A stretch of 64,000 nucleotides of DNA from Prorocentrum cordatum (taxonomy: Eukaryota): NCBI GenBank assembly GCA_963575745.1, contig CAUYUJ010000303.1:372001-436000 (forward strand), read 5' to 3'. Every line of letters begins with the position of its first letter. The first letter of the stretch is position 1. Position numbers and translations under genes: made by a program. Shown piece by piece: positions 61,925-64,000 of the stretch. The notes beneath the pieces are model-generated. The model searched no databases. It saw nothing but the letters and a program-made list of their open reading frames with translations, and was not told where the DNA came from.

Positions 61925-62442
61925 CCCATGTGGACATCCCCACTGGGGCCTTCGGTGGAGCTCCCTATGGGGCTACGAGGGGTTGCCGTGGGTGGGGGAA
62001 CCGCATGTGGACACCCCCACTGGGGCCTTCGGTGGAGCTCCCTATTGGGCTACGAAACGCTGCGCTGGGTGGGGGAACCGCATGTGGACACCCCCACTGG
62101 GGCCTTCGGTGGAGCTCCCTATGGGGCTACGAAGCGCTGCCCTGGGTGGGGGAACCGCATGTGGACACCCCCACTGGGGCCTTCGGTGGAGCTCCCTATG
62201 GGGCTACGAAACGCTGCGCTGGGTGGGGGAGCCGCATGTGGACACCCCCACTGTGGCCTTCGGTGGAGCTCCTTATGGGGCTACGAAACGCTGCCCTGGG
62301 TGGAGGAACCGCACGCGGGCAGGAGGAGGGGGGGGTGGGGAGGAGGGGGGAGGAAGGAAGGAAGGAAGGAAGGAAGGAAGGAGAGGAACGCGGGGCACCG
62401 TCTCTTCAAAACGAGGACCCAACACCACATGATGGTTGGGAA
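61925..62442. repeat. 77-bp satellite (5 copies) plus terminal segment, an inverted relative of the 34-35 kb array
   Basis: Core CACTGGGGCCTTCGGTGGAGCTCCCTATGGGGCTACGAAACG matches the reverse complement of the 89-bp unit core. Confidence 0.92.
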
Positions 62443-62458
62443 CAAAACCAATGCGAAA

Positions 62459-62900
62459 GTGTAGATGTAGATGTAGATGTAGGTGTAGATGTAGATGTAG
62501 ATGTAGATGCAGGTGTAGATGTAGATGTAGATGTAGATGTGAATATCGCTGTTGATGTTGATGTAGATGTAGATGCAGCTGTAGATGTTAATGTAGCTGT
62601 CGATGTAGATGTAAATGTTGTTTTCCTAGATGCTCCAACTCCTAGGTAGGGTCGCACTGGGATAATCGTATTCGTCTTCGTCGTTGCCGTTGTCGCCCAC
62701 CCCCTCATCACCACCATTATCGTCCACGTCCTCATCTGCTCATCGGCATCACCACCGCCACCATCATCATCAGCAGCAGCATCAACATCAGCATCATCAG
62801 CATCATCAGCATCATCATCATCATCATCATCATTATCATCATTATCAGTATCATCATCAGCACCATCATCATCATCATCAGCAGCATCATCCCCACCATG
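62459..62900. repeat. (GTAGAT)n and (CAT)n microsatellites
   Basis: Visible directly in the sequence. Confidence 0.93.
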
Positions 62901-62901
62901 A

Positions 62902-62922
62902 TCCGTACCCTTTCGGCTCGAG
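62902..62922 (+). other. Relict dinoflagellate spliced leader
   Basis: TCCGTACCC-TTTCGGCTCGAG versus DCCGTAGCCATTTTGGCTCAAG: 18 of 22 positions match by manual alignment. Confidence 0.7.
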
Positions 62923-63000
62923 GTGGAGTCCGAGCAGGCAAGTAAGCGCGGCCCCGAGCGGTTAATCATGGGACGTACGAGCGGCCATGAGCGGTTAATC

Positions 63001-64000
63001 ATGGGCTACTACTGCATCCGATACGCTCTCACAGCCGGCGCCGGGCTCACGGTCGGCTTCTGCCTGGGGGCTGCCGCGGGCCTGGCGAGATTGTCCGACT
63101 TGGCGGGAGCCTCGTACGCAATCTCCTTCGGTTTCCAAGGGCTGCAGGAAAGCGCAGGGTCGCCGCCCGGGCGGCCAGCCCTGTGCGCGGGCGAGCCCAC
63201 CACAGGCGTTGGCGTGGCCGTGCCTGTAACGGCAGCGACCGAGCGGGCCAGACCCCTGGTCCTGGCGGCGGCGAGCGTGGCGCAGGAGTTCGGGATCGAT
63301 GGGCTTTGCAAGTATTTCGGCTGGACAGCTCGTCCAGAGGGTCAGCGAAGACCGCGTCTATTTTACTGCACCCTCGTCGGGAACAACGGCCAGCAGGACG
63401 TCTATGACCTGACTTTCGCAGAGATCTATCCGCTCGTTGATCGGATCGTTGCTTTGGATCCTTTAGTGACCCTGACAGGAGCTCCAAGGCAGCCGAGCTT
63501 GAACATGTCTGACGCGAGGTGGAAGCGCTATGGGGACAAGCTGCGGCACGTCGTGTTGGAGAATCCGATTCCAGAGTGGAACCCCAAACTATTTCCGAAA
63601 TGGTCTTCAGAGCAGCGGGATAAGTTGAGCAGGCCAGGGCATCACCAAAGCACGGATCCGTTCATCTTGGAGGAGTGGATCCGCGCCCAATTCCAAAGGG
63701 GCTTGCAGGACTCCGCGGGCACATGGGAGTTGCACAAAGAGGACATCCTCATCGTCGCGGACTCTGACGAAATCCCGCTTCGTGAGTCTCTTGTTGCCCT
63801 CGCTGAGTGTGAGAGCACCGCGTTCGCGGAGGTGAAGCGCAAGCTGGCTGGGGGCAGAAAACCACAAGACGCATGCGTCAAGGACGCGAAGGTACTGTTG
63901 CTTTCCCAAGTGTTTGAGTATTACATCGATTGTCCCACCACCGTTCCTGCGTGGTGGCACCCAGACGCTATCCTCGCGGTCTGTGTCATGGATGGCGGGA
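63001..64000 (+). CDS. Glycosyltransferase family 17 (MGAT3-like) protein, 3'-partial; absent from the ORF track because it has no stop in the window
   Basis: Manual translation: hydrophobic N-terminus, LCKYFGWTAR..RPRLFY, EIYPLVDRIV..TLTGAPR, DKLRHV, DILIVADSDEIP, FEYY. An alternative in-frame ATG is at 62968. Confidence 0.8.
   Translation, partial: MGYYCIRYALTAGAGLTVGFCLGAAAGLARLSDLAGASYAISFGFQGLQESAGSPPGRPALCAGEPTTGVGVAVPVTAATERARPLVLAAASVAQEFGIDGLCKYFGWTARPEGQRRPRLFYCTLVGNNGQQDVYDLTFAEIYPLVDRIVALDPLVTLTGAPRQPSLNMSDARWKRYGDKLRHVVLENPIPEWNPKLFPKWSSEQRDKLSRPGHHQSTDPFILEEWIRAQFQRGLQDSAGTWELHKEDILIVADSDEIPLRESLVALAECESTAFAEVKRKLAGGRKPQDACVKDAKVLLLSQVFEYYIDCPTTVPAWWHPDAILAVCVMDGG

Overview
This is GC-rich, repeat-dense eukaryotic DNA, most likely a dinoflagellate (inferred from spliced-leader relics, a GA-AG intron with repeated boundaries and a methyltransferase-bearing LINE). 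(1) Bases 1 to ~9.6 kb form a putative large DNA transposon. It carries a spliced gene fusing an apparently circularly permuted OTU-like protease domain to a pogo-type DDD transposase, a separate EEP/APE-like nuclease gene, about 20 dispersed CCGC-AGYA-GCGG hairpins and a small palindromic array at the right side. (2) From 10.3 to 28.7 kb there are four decayed minus-strand non-LTR retrotransposons (APE-RT-RNase H type), each bounded by (CCT)n/(GAG)n tracts; the two full-length copies begin with a degenerate spliced leader. (3) A split nitroreductase gene ending in SKL lies at 33-37.5 kb. (4) A 12-14 kb minus-strand LINE has the domain order RNase H-APE-RT-C2H2-C5 DNA methyltransferase, with a MITE inside the methyltransferase. 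(5) The rest contains satellites, MITEs and microsatellites, and an intronless GT17 glycosyltransferase with an upstream spliced-leader relic that runs off the right edge. All domain calls come from motif recognition by eye; no searches were run.
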